From NCBI GenBank assembly GCA_943788175.1, contig CALSPG010000007.1, positions 192,001 through 256,000 on the forward strand: a DNA stretch of 64,000 nt. The letters are read 5' to 3'. Position 1 is the stretch's first letter. Each line of letters starts with the position of its first letter. The translations under genes were made by a program, and so were the position numbers. Under the pieces are notes generated by a model, which was not told the origin of the DNA, did not search any database, and worked only from the letters and a program-made list of their open reading frames with translations. Of this stretch, positions 38,638 to 48,542 are shown piece after piece. Source of the stretch: an uncultured bacterium (GTDB taxonomy: Bacteria > Fidelibacterota > Marinisomatia > Marinisomatales > UBA1611).

Positions 38638-41046
38638 ATGAAAAAATATATAACCCTCTTTTCAATTTTTAGTGTCCTTTTCTCGCAAGGGAACCAAGAA
38701 TTTTTGTTAAAAGATGTAAAAGTTGAAGGCAATATTGTTTCGACTGCAAACACAATTATTTTCACATCTGGTCTCCGTAAGGGCTTAAAAGTATCCTCCG
38801 CAGAGTTTCCAAGAGCTATTAAAAGGTTGTGGCAACTGGGTCTGTTTGATGATGTGCAAATCAGGTACGATGAGGAAGCAGGGAATGAAGTTAGTATTAC
38901 TTTGTTAGTTTCTGAGTCTAAGGTTGTCGGCGATGTAAAATATGAGGGAAATAAGAAAATAAAAAATAGCAAATTTAAAGAAGAGCTTGATATAGTGACC
39001 GGGCAGAGAATAAAGCCCAATTTTCTTCACGAAAAAATTAAAGACATAAAAACCCTGTATTTTGAAAAAGGATATCTTAATGTGGAGGTTAAAGCAGATT
39101 TAATTGATTCTAAAGCCATAAAGAATCTTTTTGATGGAAAAGCTAAAAATATTACAAAAGACATTGTTTTCAGTATCTCAGAGAATAAAAAAATAAAACT
39201 TAGAAATATTTATTTTAAAGGAAATGAAGTTTATTCAAATTTAAAATTAAGAATGCTAATGAAAGAGACGAAGCAGCAAAGGTGGTATTATTTTTGGAGA
39301 ACAGCGTTTGATAAAGATGACCTCGAATTAGATAAAGAGAAAATCATTGAATTTTATCACAATAAAGGCCACAGAGATTTTTCAATTTTATCAGATTCAA
39401 TAATTTATGATGGTGAAAGTAAATACTTAGATGTAGTCATAAATGTTAATGAGGGGCCTAAGTATAAATACAGAGATTTTACTTGGGAAGGGCAATCATT
39501 ATATTCAGAAGACATATTGTCAAGAGCATTGGGTCTTTCCTCTGGCGACAACTATAGTGAAGAAGCTTTTTCTAGAGCAGTTTATGATAGAATGCAAGGC
39601 CTCTATATGGATAAAGGCTATATATACAGTCGTATTGAACCGGAAGTGACCCCAGTGGGAGTTGATTCGCTTGATGTCCATTTTGTTATTGCTGAAAATC
39701 ATAAAGTTTATATTAGAAATATCTCTATCAAAGGAAATGATAGGACAAGGGAAAATGTAATACGAAGAATTATGCGCATTTACCCGGGGGATGTCTTTAA
39801 TAAAGAGCGTTTGATGAGGACGCATCGTGAGATAATGATGTTAAATTATTTTGCAAACGTGATTCCAGATGTTGTTCCTGTTGATGATAATCAAGTTGAT
39901 ATAGAAGTGACAGTAGAAGAAAAATCTTCAGGCCAAGCAAATATGAATATGGGATTTAGTCAAGCTTATGGTGTTACAGGGGGTGGAGGATTTTCACTGC
40001 CGAACTTTAGAGGAAAAGGACAGCATTTAGCATTGTCTTTTGAAGTTGGGGCTGCAAACTATAATAATACATATTTTGGAAGTAGTTATAAACCTCAGAA
40101 AAGAGAAAGGGCAAGTATTAGTTTTACTGACCCAATGTTTAATGACACAAACAACTTATTAAGCGGTTCTTTATTTTATAGTTTTTCTGGCCGATCATCA
40201 CAGTATTATGCTCCTCTAGATATGGTCACTAAAGGTGGAAGTTTTAGATGGGGGCGAAGGTTTAAATGGCCAGATGACTATTTTAGAGGTAGTTGGTCAT
40301 TTACAGCACACCAAAGAATTTATGAGGCAGACAATGAGGAGCAATTACAATTGTATACTGGAGGTCTAAGTGAAACTGTAGGCGTAAGTATTACACAATC
40401 GCTGAGCCGTGATAGTAGAGATCATCCTGAGTTTCCAACAATTGGTTCATTGATGGCAATCAGCAGTAGTATTTCTGGAGGTCCTTTAGGCGGTAATGAA
40501 GATTTCCACAAACATGTATTAAACCTTGAATGGTATACGCCGACAGTTTGGAAATTTGTTTTAATGAGTTCAGTAAAAATTGGTGGAATTAAAACTTTAA
40601 AATCAAATGATGGTGAAAGATCCATGGTGCCTTTTAATGAGCGGTTTATTATGGGTGGTAGCGGTATGGTTTATGGAAACCCTTTGAGAGGTTATGAAGA
40701 TAATAAAATAGGACCACTTACTTCAAGTGGTGGGCCATTTGGTGGAAATGCACTGATAAAAGTAACATCAGAGTTTCGGATTCCTTTTTCAGAAAATCCC
40801 GTTGTCTACGGAATGTTATTCGCAGAAATGGGGAATGTCTGGATTGAATCGCATTTGCAAGAGAAGTTTAACTTAGCTAGAATTGGGCCGTTAGATTTAA
40901 AACGTTCTGCTGGTGTAGGTATCAGGTTTTTTATGCCGATGATTGGAAAGCTTGGATTTGACTTTGGGTATGGCTTTGATGATGTAGATGGTGATGGGCA
41001 ACCATTTGGATGGAAATCATCGATTACTATAGGACAACAATTTTAA
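38638..41046 (+). CDS. bamA: Outer membrane protein assembly factor BamA
   Basis: POTRA repeats (GNDRTRENVIRR), PLRGY loop motif, barrel ending in C-terminal F. Confidence 0.93.
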   Translation: MKKYITLFSIFSVLFSQGNQEFLLKDVKVEGNIVSTANTIIFTSGLRKGLKVSSAEFPRAIKRLWQLGLFDDVQIRYDEEAGNEVSITLLVSESKVVGDVKYEGNKKIKNSKFKEELDIVTGQRIKPNFLHEKIKDIKTLYFEKGYLNVEVKADLIDSKAIKNLFDGKAKNITKDIVFSISENKKIKLRNIYFKGNEVYSNLKLRMLMKETKQQRWYYFWRTAFDKDDLELDKEKIIEFYHNKGHRDFSILSDSIIYDGESKYLDVVINVNEGPKYKYRDFTWEGQSLYSEDILSRALGLSSGDNYSEEAFSRAVYDRMQGLYMDKGYIYSRIEPEVTPVGVDSLDVHFVIAENHKVYIRNISIKGNDRTRENVIRRIMRIYPGDVFNKERLMRTHREIMMLNYFANVIPDVVPVDDNQVDIEVTVEEKSSGQANMNMGFSQAYGVTGGGGFSLPNFRGKGQHLALSFEVGAANYNNTYFGSSYKPQKRERASISFTDPMFNDTNNLLSGSLFYSFSGRSSQYYAPLDMVTKGGSFRWGRRFKWPDDYFRGSWSFTAHQRIYEADNEEQLQLYTGGLSETVGVSITQSLSRDSRDHPEFPTIGSLMAISSSISGGPLGGNEDFHKHVLNLEWYTPTVWKFVLMSSVKIGGIKTLKSNDGERSMVPFNERFIMGGSGMVYGNPLRGYEDNKIGPLTSSGGPFGGNALIKVTSEFRIPFSENPVVYGMLFAEMGNVWIESHLQEKFNLARIGPLDLKRSAGVGIRFFMPMIGKLGFDFGYGFDDVDGDGQPFGWKSSITIGQQF

Positions 41047-41072
41047 TAATAATTAAGGAGAAGATGGCAATA

Positions 41073-41591
41073 ATGAAAAAAATAACCATATTTTTTATGC
41101 TATTAATTGGTATGACCGCAAGTTTAAGCGCACAATTAAAAATAGGATATATTTTATCAGAAAGAATTCGCGGTGAATATGAAGAATTTAAGGAAGCTGA
41201 GTCGCAACTACAGCTTGAATACCGTAAGGTTCAATTTGAGTTTGATCAAAGAGTCAAAAAACTCGATAGTTTAAAACAAGACTATGAAGTAAAAAGATTA
41301 ATGTCTTTAGATAAAGGTGAAAGTATCAGACAAGAAATAGAGCAGACTGAAAAACAAATACAAACATACCAAGCTGAAAAAGTTGGTCCGCAAGGGGAAC
41401 TAATGCGGAAGCAAGCACAGATGGAATATGATATTTTGGGGAAGGTTAAAAAAGCCGTTGATAAAGTCGCTATTGATGGTGGCTATGATTACATAATTGA
41501 CGCATCAGTAGGCTTACTTTATTACAAACCAAAATATGATCTTACTGATGACGTTTTGCATGAATTAAGAAAACTAGATACTTCAAAATAG
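41073..41591 (+). CDS. skp: Periplasmic chaperone Skp/OmpH
   Basis: Signal peptide, LKIGYI, coiled coil, GGYDYIID, YDLTDDVL; start at 41064 or 41073 after AAGGAG, not 41010. Confidence 0.88.
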   Translation: MKKITIFFMLLIGMTASLSAQLKIGYILSERIRGEYEEFKEAESQLQLEYRKVQFEFDQRVKKLDSLKQDYEVKRLMSLDKGESIRQEIEQTEKQIQTYQAEKVGPQGELMRKQAQMEYDILGKVKKAVDKVAIDGGYDYIIDASVGLLYYKPKYDLTDDVLHELRKLDTSK

Positions 41592-41598
41592 ATATTAA

Positions 41599-42612
41599 TT
41601 GAAGTTTAGTTTAAAGGAAATCAGCTTATCGGTTAATGGTAATATTTTTGGAGATCCTAACATAGAAATATTTGAAGTAGCTGAAATTCAGAATGCAAAA
41701 AATGGAAGTATTTCATTTTTAGGAAATAATATGTACGCTAAATATTTAGAAACTACTGAGGCCTCTGCAACTATTGTTTCAGATGAAAGTTTATTATCTG
41801 GAAGAAATGGTATTGTTGTTGATGATCCTCAATTAGCGATTGCTAAAGTATTGTCGCTGTTTTATCCAGATGAACCTTTATCTCAAAAAATCCACTCAAA
41901 ATCTCATATTTCTAATTCTTCTGAAGTAGGAATGAATGTTACAATCGAAGTGGGAGCTGTAATTGAGAGTGGTGTTAAAATAGGTGATAATTCATTTGTT
42001 GGTGCAAATTCATTTATTGGTAGAAATACTAAAATAGGTTCTGGCTGTAAGATATATCAAAATGCAGTTTTATATCACTCAACAATAATGGGAAATAATT
42101 CTATTGTTCATAGCTCTACTGTTATAGGGAGCGATGGATTTGGATTCATTCCAGGTGATGAGCAGCACCATAAAATCCCGCAAACTGGAAGAGTTGTAAT
42201 TGGTGACAATGTAGAAATAGGAGCTAATTCAGCAATTGATCGAGCAACTATAGGTGAGACAATTATTGGAGATATGAGTAAACTAGATAATTTAGTCCAC
42301 ATAGGTCATAATGTTCAGATTGGTAAAGCATGTTTAATAACAGCACAAGTAGGTATTGCGGGTAGCACTAAAATTGGTGATAATTGTCAAATTGGTGGCC
42401 AGGCTGGGGTTGTCCCTCATGTTGAAATAGGACCAAATTCGATTATCGCAGCAAAATCTGGTGTTACAAAATCACTTGCTGGTAATCAAATGTATGGTGG
42501 GTATCCAGCAAGGCCAATTAGAGAAGAGCATAAAAGAAATGCAGTACATAGAGAAGTTTTATCAATTAAAAAAAAATTAAATCATTTAATTCAAAACTCT
42601 AACAACGATTAA
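41599..42612 (+). CDS. lpxD: UDP-3-O-(3-hydroxyacyl)glucosamine N-acyltransferase
   Basis: Hexapeptide repeats, [34 protein letters not shown] start. Confidence 0.95.
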   Translation: MKFSLKEISLSVNGNIFGDPNIEIFEVAEIQNAKNGSISFLGNNMYAKYLETTEASATIVSDESLLSGRNGIVVDDPQLAIAKVLSLFYPDEPLSQKIHSKSHISNSSEVGMNVTIEVGAVIESGVKIGDNSFVGANSFIGRNTKIGSGCKIYQNAVLYHSTIMGNNSIVHSSTVIGSDGFGFIPGDEQHHKIPQTGRVVIGDNVEIGANSAIDRATIGETIIGDMSKLDNLVHIGHNVQIGKACLITAQVGIAGSTKIGDNCQIGGQAGVVPHVEIGPNSIIAAKSGVTKSLAGNQMYGGYPARPIREEHKRNAVHREVLSIKKKLNHLIQNSNND

Positions 42613-42615
42613 TAA

Positions 42616-43563
42616 ATGCATAGAAGACAAAGAACTATTCGAAGCTCAAAATCTTGCAAAGGTGTAGGTTTGCACACAGGTGTTGATAGTGTAATTACAT
42701 TCCATCCTGCTCCAGAAAATTATGGAATAAGGTTTGTGAGATCGGATATTAAAGACTCTCCTGAAATCAAAGCAGACATTGATCACGTAGTAGATATTTC
42801 AAGGGGTACTACAATAGAGCAAAATGATGTACGGATTCATACTGTTGAACATGCTTTAGCTGCTGTTAACGGTTTAAGAATTGATAATGTAATGATTGAG
42901 CTAAACAATAAAGAAACGCCAGTTATGGACGGTAGCGCAAAAGATTTTGTTGATGCTTTATCGGATGCTGGAACTGTTAAACAAAAATCAAAAAGAAAAG
43001 TCTTAGAAATTACTCGTGCTGTTAATTACACTGATTACTATAGAGATATAGACATTCATGTTATCCCAAGTGATCACTTTAGAGTTACGTTTTTAGTTGA
43101 ATATCCTTTGCCAGCTCTAGGGACTCAATATGAAGCAATCTATAATATGGAAGAGGATTTTGCTGTTGAAGTAGCCCCTGCCCGTACTTTTTGTTTTCTA
43201 AGTGAAATCGAAATGTTAAAAGAACAGGGCTTAATTAAAGGTGGTGGTTTAGACAATGCGCTAGTTATTGTAGATAAAAAAATTGATCAAATTGAAATGA
43301 ACAGATTGAGAAACTTATTTGGTATAGAAGAAGCTATTGTTAATGGTTCAAATGGTTTACTCAATGGGAAGTTACTAAGATTTAAAAATGAGCCAGTCCG
43401 TCATAAAACTCTTGATTTAATTGGTGATTTAGCATTGCTTGGGGTTCCAATTATTGGCCACGTGACGGCTGCAAGAGCAGGCCATGCTAGTAATGTTGAA
43501 TTTGTAAAAAAATTAAAAAAAGTTTATGCAAAAGAATTAGAAGAGTTATGGAAAGGTGATTAG
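42616..43563 (+). CDS. lpxC: UDP-3-O-acyl-N-acetylglucosamine deacetylase
   Basis: QRTI, GVGLHTG, TVEH, MDGSA, APARTF, RHKTLDLIGDL, AGH. Confidence 0.95.
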   Translation: MHRRQRTIRSSKSCKGVGLHTGVDSVITFHPAPENYGIRFVRSDIKDSPEIKADIDHVVDISRGTTIEQNDVRIHTVEHALAAVNGLRIDNVMIELNNKETPVMDGSAKDFVDALSDAGTVKQKSKRKVLEITRAVNYTDYYRDIDIHVIPSDHFRVTFLVEYPLPALGTQYEAIYNMEEDFAVEVAPARTFCFLSEIEMLKEQGLIKGGGLDNALVIVDKKIDQIEMNRLRNLFGIEEAIVNGSNGLLNGKLLRFKNEPVRHKTLDLIGDLALLGVPIIGHVTAARAGHASNVEFVKKLKKVYAKELEELWKGD

Positions 43564-43566
43564 AAA

Positions 43567-44031
43567 ATGAGTAATGATTTAGTAAAAGATTCTTATAATA
43601 TCCAAGATATAATTAAAATTTTACCTCATCGATATCCTTTTGTTTTAATTGATAGAATTGATGAAGTAAAACAAGGTGAATATGTTAACGCGATTAAAAA
43701 CGTTACGATTAATGAGCCTTTTTTTCAAGGCCATTTCCCAGGTCAGCCTGTTATGCCAGGAGTTCTTTCTCTAGAATCGATGGCACAAGCTACCGCTTTT
43801 TTAATGTTACATGAATTAGATGACCCCCTTAAAAAAAATATGTTTATATCGGGTGTTGATAAAGTTCGTTATAGGCGTTTAATCATTCCTGGGGATACTC
43901 TACATATTAATATTAAACTAGTTTCAAAAAAACTCACTCTATATAAGTTTGATGGCACAATCAAAATTAATAACCAGCTTGCGGTGCAAGCAAAAATATT
44001 TTCGAATTTAGTTGACCGCGTAGAGGTTTAG
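43567..44031 (+). CDS. fabZ: 3-hydroxyacyl-ACP dehydratase
   Basis: LPHRYPFVLIDR, KNVTINEPFFQGHFP..PVMPGVL..ESMAQ; own SD AGGTGAT at 43554-43560. Confidence 0.95.
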   Translation: MSNDLVKDSYNIQDIIKILPHRYPFVLIDRIDEVKQGEYVNAIKNVTINEPFFQGHFPGQPVMPGVLSLESMAQATAFLMLHELDDPLKKNMFISGVDKVRYRRLIIPGDTLHINIKLVSKKLTLYKFDGTIKINNQLAVQAKIFSNLVDRVEV

Positions 44032-44032
44032 T

Positions 44033-44806
44033 ATTTCAAATAGTATTCATTCTACGGCTATTGTAGATGCAAACTCGCAACTTGGAAATAATGTTGTTGT
44101 AGGGGCTTATACTGTTATAGAATCAGGTGTATCTATTGGCGATGGAACATTTGTTGGAAACCATGTAACAATATCAGAAGGGTCTAAAATAGGAACTGAT
44201 TGTAAAATCTTTCATTCATCTTCAATTGGCGCGATACCACAAGATCTAAAATATGAAAATGAAAAGACTTTTGTTTCAGTTGGCGATAGAACGATCATTA
44301 GAGAATTTGTAACGATAAATAAAGGTACTTCTGCATCTGGTAAAACATTAGTTGGTTCTGATTGTCTATTAATGGCTTCAGTTCATATAGCTCATGATTG
44401 TACGGTTGGCAATAATGTTATTATGTCAAATTTGACAACACTTGGAGGTCACGTGAATATAGAAAACTGGGCTATATTGAGTGGTGGAGTTTTAGTTCAT
44501 CAATTTTGCAACGTGGGTGAACATGCATTTGTTGGTGCTAGTGGATTAGTAACTCAAGATGTCCCTCCTTTTATTTTAGCTGCTGGAACACCTCTAGAGT
44601 ATAGTGGCATTAATAGCGTTGGATTAAAAAGAAGAGGGTTTTTGTCAGAAAACAGGAAAGAAATAAAAAATATTTACAAAACCTATTTTCGTTCAAAAAA
44701 TAACCGTAGAGATAATATAAGAAAAATAGAGCAAGAATTAATAGAGTCTGAGTTAGCAAAAAAAATTATTAAGTTTATTGAAAACAGTGACAGAGGAATC
44801 ATTTAG
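44033..44806 (+). CDS. lpxA: Acyl-ACP--UDP-GlcNAc O-acyltransferase, apparently ATT-initiated
   Basis: The track ORF (44372) extends in frame upstream to ATT at 44033: (I)SNSIHSTAIVD...IGAIPQDLKY...IREFVTINKGT...HIAHDC, 257 aa; SD GAGGT at 44023-44027; in-frame TAG at 44021 bounds the frame. Confidence 0.9.
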   Translation: MSNSIHSTAIVDANSQLGNNVVVGAYTVIESGVSIGDGTFVGNHVTISEGSKIGTDCKIFHSSSIGAIPQDLKYENEKTFVSVGDRTIIREFVTINKGTSASGKTLVGSDCLLMASVHIAHDCTVGNNVIMSNLTTLGGHVNIENWAILSGGVLVHQFCNVGEHAFVGASGLVTQDVPPFILAAGTPLEYSGINSVGLKRRGFLSENRKEIKNIYKTYFRSKNNRRDNIRKIEQELIESELAKKIIKFIENSDRGII

Positions 44807-44811
44807 GATAA

Positions 44812-45495
44812 ATGAAATTTATACTTAGGCTTGGTTGTTTTTTATTAAGTCTTTCTTGTAGTCAGAGCGTAGATTTTAGATATAATAATATTGATAATGA
44901 GAATCTTCATGCTCATGCAATAAAAGTTTCAAATTCCTCTACATTATGGCTTTCTGAACAAATTAACACCCCAAGAACAAATAGATACAGGCTATTTGTT
45001 AAATATGGACAATCATTAATTTTGAAAGAGATAAATTACAAAAAGTGGATTTTACCAAATCTTGAGTTTGGAGTTAAACCAACAAATAATTTATTGTTAT
45101 CTGGAAAGTTTTTTGGGTTGCATCTAGACAAAGATTCTCCACAAATTATTGGAGGAGGCGTTCATTATCTTACTGGAGAAAATAATAATTGGACTATCTC
45201 TTTTCAGAAATCAGCAATTAATGGTTTAAATGATTTTAGATTAGTCTCAACTTCATTTAACATTAAAAAGTTAATCCACCAATCATTTTTCGATATGTAT
45301 GTTGATATTGGGCTAAATTATTATATCAGTAATTCATATTATAGCTCAGTTGACCTTCCAAAAAAAATTGAACGAGATTTAAATCATATTGGTGTTTTAT
45401 TCATGACTCCATTTAACAGTTTAAATATTATAATTTCATTGAAAGTAAGTCCTGATAATCATTTAATTCAAGCTGCTTTAATTAAAGGGTTTTAA
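44812..45495 (+). CDS. Hypothetical exported protein (possible lipoprotein or small OM beta-barrel)
   Basis: N-terminal LSLSC lipobox-like signal; beta-strand pattern and C-terminal F. Confidence 0.45.
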   Translation: MKFILRLGCFLLSLSCSQSVDFRYNNIDNENLHAHAIKVSNSSTLWLSEQINTPRTNRYRLFVKYGQSLILKEINYKKWILPNLEFGVKPTNNLLLSGKFFGLHLDKDSPQIIGGGVHYLTGENNNWTISFQKSAINGLNDFRLVSTSFNIKKLIHQSFFDMYVDIGLNYYISNSYYSSVDLPKKIERDLNHIGVLFMTPFNSLNIIISLKVSPDNHLIQAALIKGF

Positions 45496-45497
45496 TT

Positions 45498-46643
45498 TTG
45501 AAAAAAATATCAATACTTGGCTCTACCGGTTCAATTGGCGTAAATGCATTGAACGTAATTAGAAAAATTCCAGAAAAATTCCAAGTGGTGCATCTCGCAG
45601 GAAATATGAACACAGAAAGGATGATTGCTCAGGGTAAAGAATTTCTTCCCGCTTCAATAACTATGGTAGACATTCAAGCTGCTGAGATAGTTGAAAAAGC
45701 GTTAAAAGGATTAAGCATAGAAATTTATTCTGGAAGAGAGGAGTTATTAGATTTAGCCGGGGATAAGAATGTTGACCTTCTATTGAATGCATTAGTCGGA
45801 GCATCAGGAATGGAGCCTACATTGAAAGCATTAGAAAATGGTGTTGATGTCGCTCTTTCAAACAAAGAAAGCTTGGTCGTCGCTGGTGACATCATTTATA
45901 GTGCTATGAAAAAATCTGGAGCGAATTTATTTCCAGTAGATAGTGAGCATTCTGCCATATGGCAGTGCTTATTTGGGGAAGCTAAAGAAGATATTGAAAA
46001 AATAATTCTAACTGGAAGTGGTGGGCCTTTTAGAACTCGGGCTATTGACAGTTTTTCAACAGTGACTAAGTCTGATGCTTTGAATCATCCTAATTGGGAA
46101 ATGGGTCAAAAAATAACAATTGATTCAGCTACAATGATGAACAAGGGTCTGGAGGTAATAGAAGCATATTGGTTATTTAATTTAGAGATATCTCAAATTG
46201 AAATTATAGTTCATCCTCAATCCATTATTCATTCTATGGTGCAATTTAAGGATGGCTCAATTAAAGCACAGTTAGGTGTTCCAGATATGAAAATCCCCAT
46301 ACAATATGCTTTAACATACCCCAGGCACTTACCCTCAAAGTGGGAAAGATTAGATTTTAAAACAATTGGAGACTTAACTTTTGAAGCGCCAAACTTTGAA
46401 AGATTTCCATGTATTAAATTAGCTTATGATGTTTTAGAAAAAATGGGAACATCTCCAGCCGTTTTGAATTTTGCTAATGATTATTGTGTCTACAGATTTT
46501 TAAGAGAAGAGATCAAATTTATAGATATACCTAAAATCATTGAATCGGCTCTAGGAAACCATACCTGGCTCAAAAATCCCAAATTAGAAGACATTAAGAA
46601 CTTAGATTATTGGACAAAAGATTTCGTAAACAACTTTGATTAA
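45498..46643 (+). CDS. dxr: 1-deoxy-D-xylulose-5-phosphate reductoisomerase
   Basis: LGSTGSIG, NKESLV, PVDSEHSAI, HPNWEMGQKITIDSATMMNKGLEVIEA; TTG start. Confidence 0.97.
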   Translation: MKKISILGSTGSIGVNALNVIRKIPEKFQVVHLAGNMNTERMIAQGKEFLPASITMVDIQAAEIVEKALKGLSIEIYSGREELLDLAGDKNVDLLLNALVGASGMEPTLKALENGVDVALSNKESLVVAGDIIYSAMKKSGANLFPVDSEHSAIWQCLFGEAKEDIEKIILTGSGGPFRTRAIDSFSTVTKSDALNHPNWEMGQKITIDSATMMNKGLEVIEAYWLFNLEISQIEIIVHPQSIIHSMVQFKDGSIKAQLGVPDMKIPIQYALTYPRHLPSKWERLDFKTIGDLTFEAPNFERFPCIKLAYDVLEKMGTSPAVLNFANDYCVYRFLREEIKFIDIPKIIESALGNHTWLKNPKLEDIKNLDYWTKDFVNNFD

Positions 46644-46687
46644 TTTGGAACAATTCAATTAGATTTATATATCAATAAACAATAATT

Positions 46688-47857
46688 ATGATATTCATTT
46701 GGTCAACCGCTCTCGTTATTGGAATTCTTGTATTCGTACATGAGTTAGGTCATTATCTAGCTGCAAGATCAGTTGGTGTTAGAGTAGAAAAATTTTCTAT
46801 TGGGTTTCCCCCAAGATTTTTCACTGTGACATCAGTAGATAACGGGTTTGACATAACATTTTTTTTCTTTCGCTTTTTTGAGGGTAGTTTAAAGTGGATG
46901 CCTATTTTTAATACAAAAATAGGGATTGAAAATCGAAAGGGTACAAATACTGAATACGTAGTTGCACTGATACCCTTAGGTGGGTATGTGAAAATGGCTG
47001 GCTCTTTAGATGAAAGCTTTGATAATGAAGTAACTGGTTCCCCCGATGAGTTTTCTAGTAAGACAGTTCTCCAAAAAATATGGATTCTGAGTGCTGGCGT
47101 TATAATGAATATATTGACAGCATTTATAATTTTTACAGGTATTACCTTTTTTCAAGGAATTCCTGAAATAAATGAAGATCCATTCATTGGTTCGGTTTCT
47201 CCGAACAGTCCGGCGATGAAAGCAGGTTTAAAGGCTGGTGATGAGATTTTAAGTATCAATGGTGAAGAAGTATACAAGTGGATGGATCTAGTAAAAATTC
47301 TACAACCGATTCCAAATACTTTAGTAGATATTAAAGTTCAAAGAAATGGAATCCCTAGAATATTTTCTTTTGAGACTTATAAAATCCCATTGCCAACAAA
47401 AAATGGGATAGACACTGTCGGCGGAATAGGTATTGGACAGGATTATTCATATGTAACTACAAATTTTAGTGAATCTGTATCTGCAGGGTATATAAAAACC
47501 CTCCGAAGCTTTGGTCTTATTTCATTAACATTTAAAATGTTAGCTAGCGGTCAAGCAACGATAAAAGATCTTGGCGGTCCAATAATGATTGGACAAATCG
47601 CTGGTGAAACAGCAAAGGCAGGTTGGATTCCACTTTTAAACTTCATGGCATTGATTAGTATAAATTTGGCATTTTTAAATATACTACCGGTACCAGGATT
47701 AGATGGTGGGCATATTTTCATCATACTCATTGAAACTATTATAAGAAAGCCACTTAGCATAAAATCTAGAATGGTGATTCAACAAGTGGGGATGGTGCTT
47801 TTATTAGGTCTTATGTTTACTGTTATGTTTAATGATGTTACGAGATTGTTTAACTAG
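46688..47857 (+). CDS. rseP: RIP metalloprotease RseP (M50, PDZ)
   Basis: HELGH, FSIGF, IPLGGYVKM, PDZ domain, NILPVPGLDGGH. Confidence 0.95.
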   Translation: MIFIWSTALVIGILVFVHELGHYLAARSVGVRVEKFSIGFPPRFFTVTSVDNGFDITFFFFRFFEGSLKWMPIFNTKIGIENRKGTNTEYVVALIPLGGYVKMAGSLDESFDNEVTGSPDEFSSKTVLQKIWILSAGVIMNILTAFIIFTGITFFQGIPEINEDPFIGSVSPNSPAMKAGLKAGDEILSINGEEVYKWMDLVKILQPIPNTLVDIKVQRNGIPRIFSFETYKIPLPTKNGIDTVGGIGIGQDYSYVTTNFSESVSAGYIKTLRSFGLISLTFKMLASGQATIKDLGGPIMIGQIAGETAKAGWIPLLNFMALISINLAFLNILPVPGLDGGHIFIILIETIIRKPLSIKSRMVIQQVGMVLLLGLMFTVMFNDVTRLFN

Positions 47858-48542
47858 TTTTAGATAATTCGAGATTTAATGACCCAAACTTCATTTTTAA
47901 AGTTATTAATAATGGGAGCTTTTCTTTTTCTGAAATCCACATAGTCATCTTGCCAGCATTTTTAAATGAGCTTCCATCCATCTTTTGAGGCCATATTTTA
48001 TTAGCGAAATAGCTACCATAAGAAGTTTTTATCTTTTCCAGATTATCAACAAAAAACTGCAAAGGCATAATCTTTTTATTATCTACTATTTGAAGTTCAT
48101 GGTTTTCTGCATAGTTTAAGTTTTTTGTTCTGAAATAATATATTAAAGAATATGGGTTGACGACTTTATCATTATAGTAAATAGTATCCTTTTTATAAAT
48201 AAACATTTTTTCATCATTTCTAAAGGAAGCCAAAGAGTTTTGCGTATATTTTCCTTGTCTTAGTTTTTTTTGTACTCTAATTGGTTCCCATGTATTTAAA
48301 TCTACATCGATAATAATCTTATCATTTATCGGGAAAATAAATTTAAGAGAAGGTTTTGATTTAACAATGAATTGAATTTTTAAGATATTTTTATTGTCAG
48401 AATTTATATATCGTTTTGAACTCAAAGATGCATTTGCAATATTTACACCACCAAAAGAAGCAGTGTATTCTAAGACTTCATCCCATTGTTTATCTCCGAA
48501 GCATAGTGAGGACATAAGCATTATTAGAAACATTATTCTCAT
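47850..48542 (-). CDS. DUF3108-like exported protein
   Basis: Signal peptide; EVLEY...G, terminal MWIS..EKLPLLITLKMKFGSLNLEL. Confidence 0.6.
   Translation of the reverse strand: MRIMFLIMLMSSLCFGDKQWDEVLEYTASFGGVNIANASLSSKRYINSDNKNILKIQFIVKSKPSLKFIFPINDKIIIDVDLNTWEPIRVQKKLRQGKYTQNSLASFRNDEKMFIYKKDTIYYNDKVVNPYSLIYYFRTKNLNYAENHELQIVDNKKIMPLQFFVDNLEKIKTSYGSYFANKIWPQKMDGSSFKNAGKMTMWISEKEKLPLLITLKMKFGSLNLELSKTS

Noticed and set aside
42610-42618. lpxD and lpxC are also in frame with a 3-nt gap
   Set aside because: Two consecutive TAA stops make readthrough implausible, and I know of no such fusion
44372-44806. 144-aa ORF suggesting a truncated or pseudogenised lpxA
   Set aside because: The frame is open and LpxA-like for 113 further codons upstream; only the start codon is atypical
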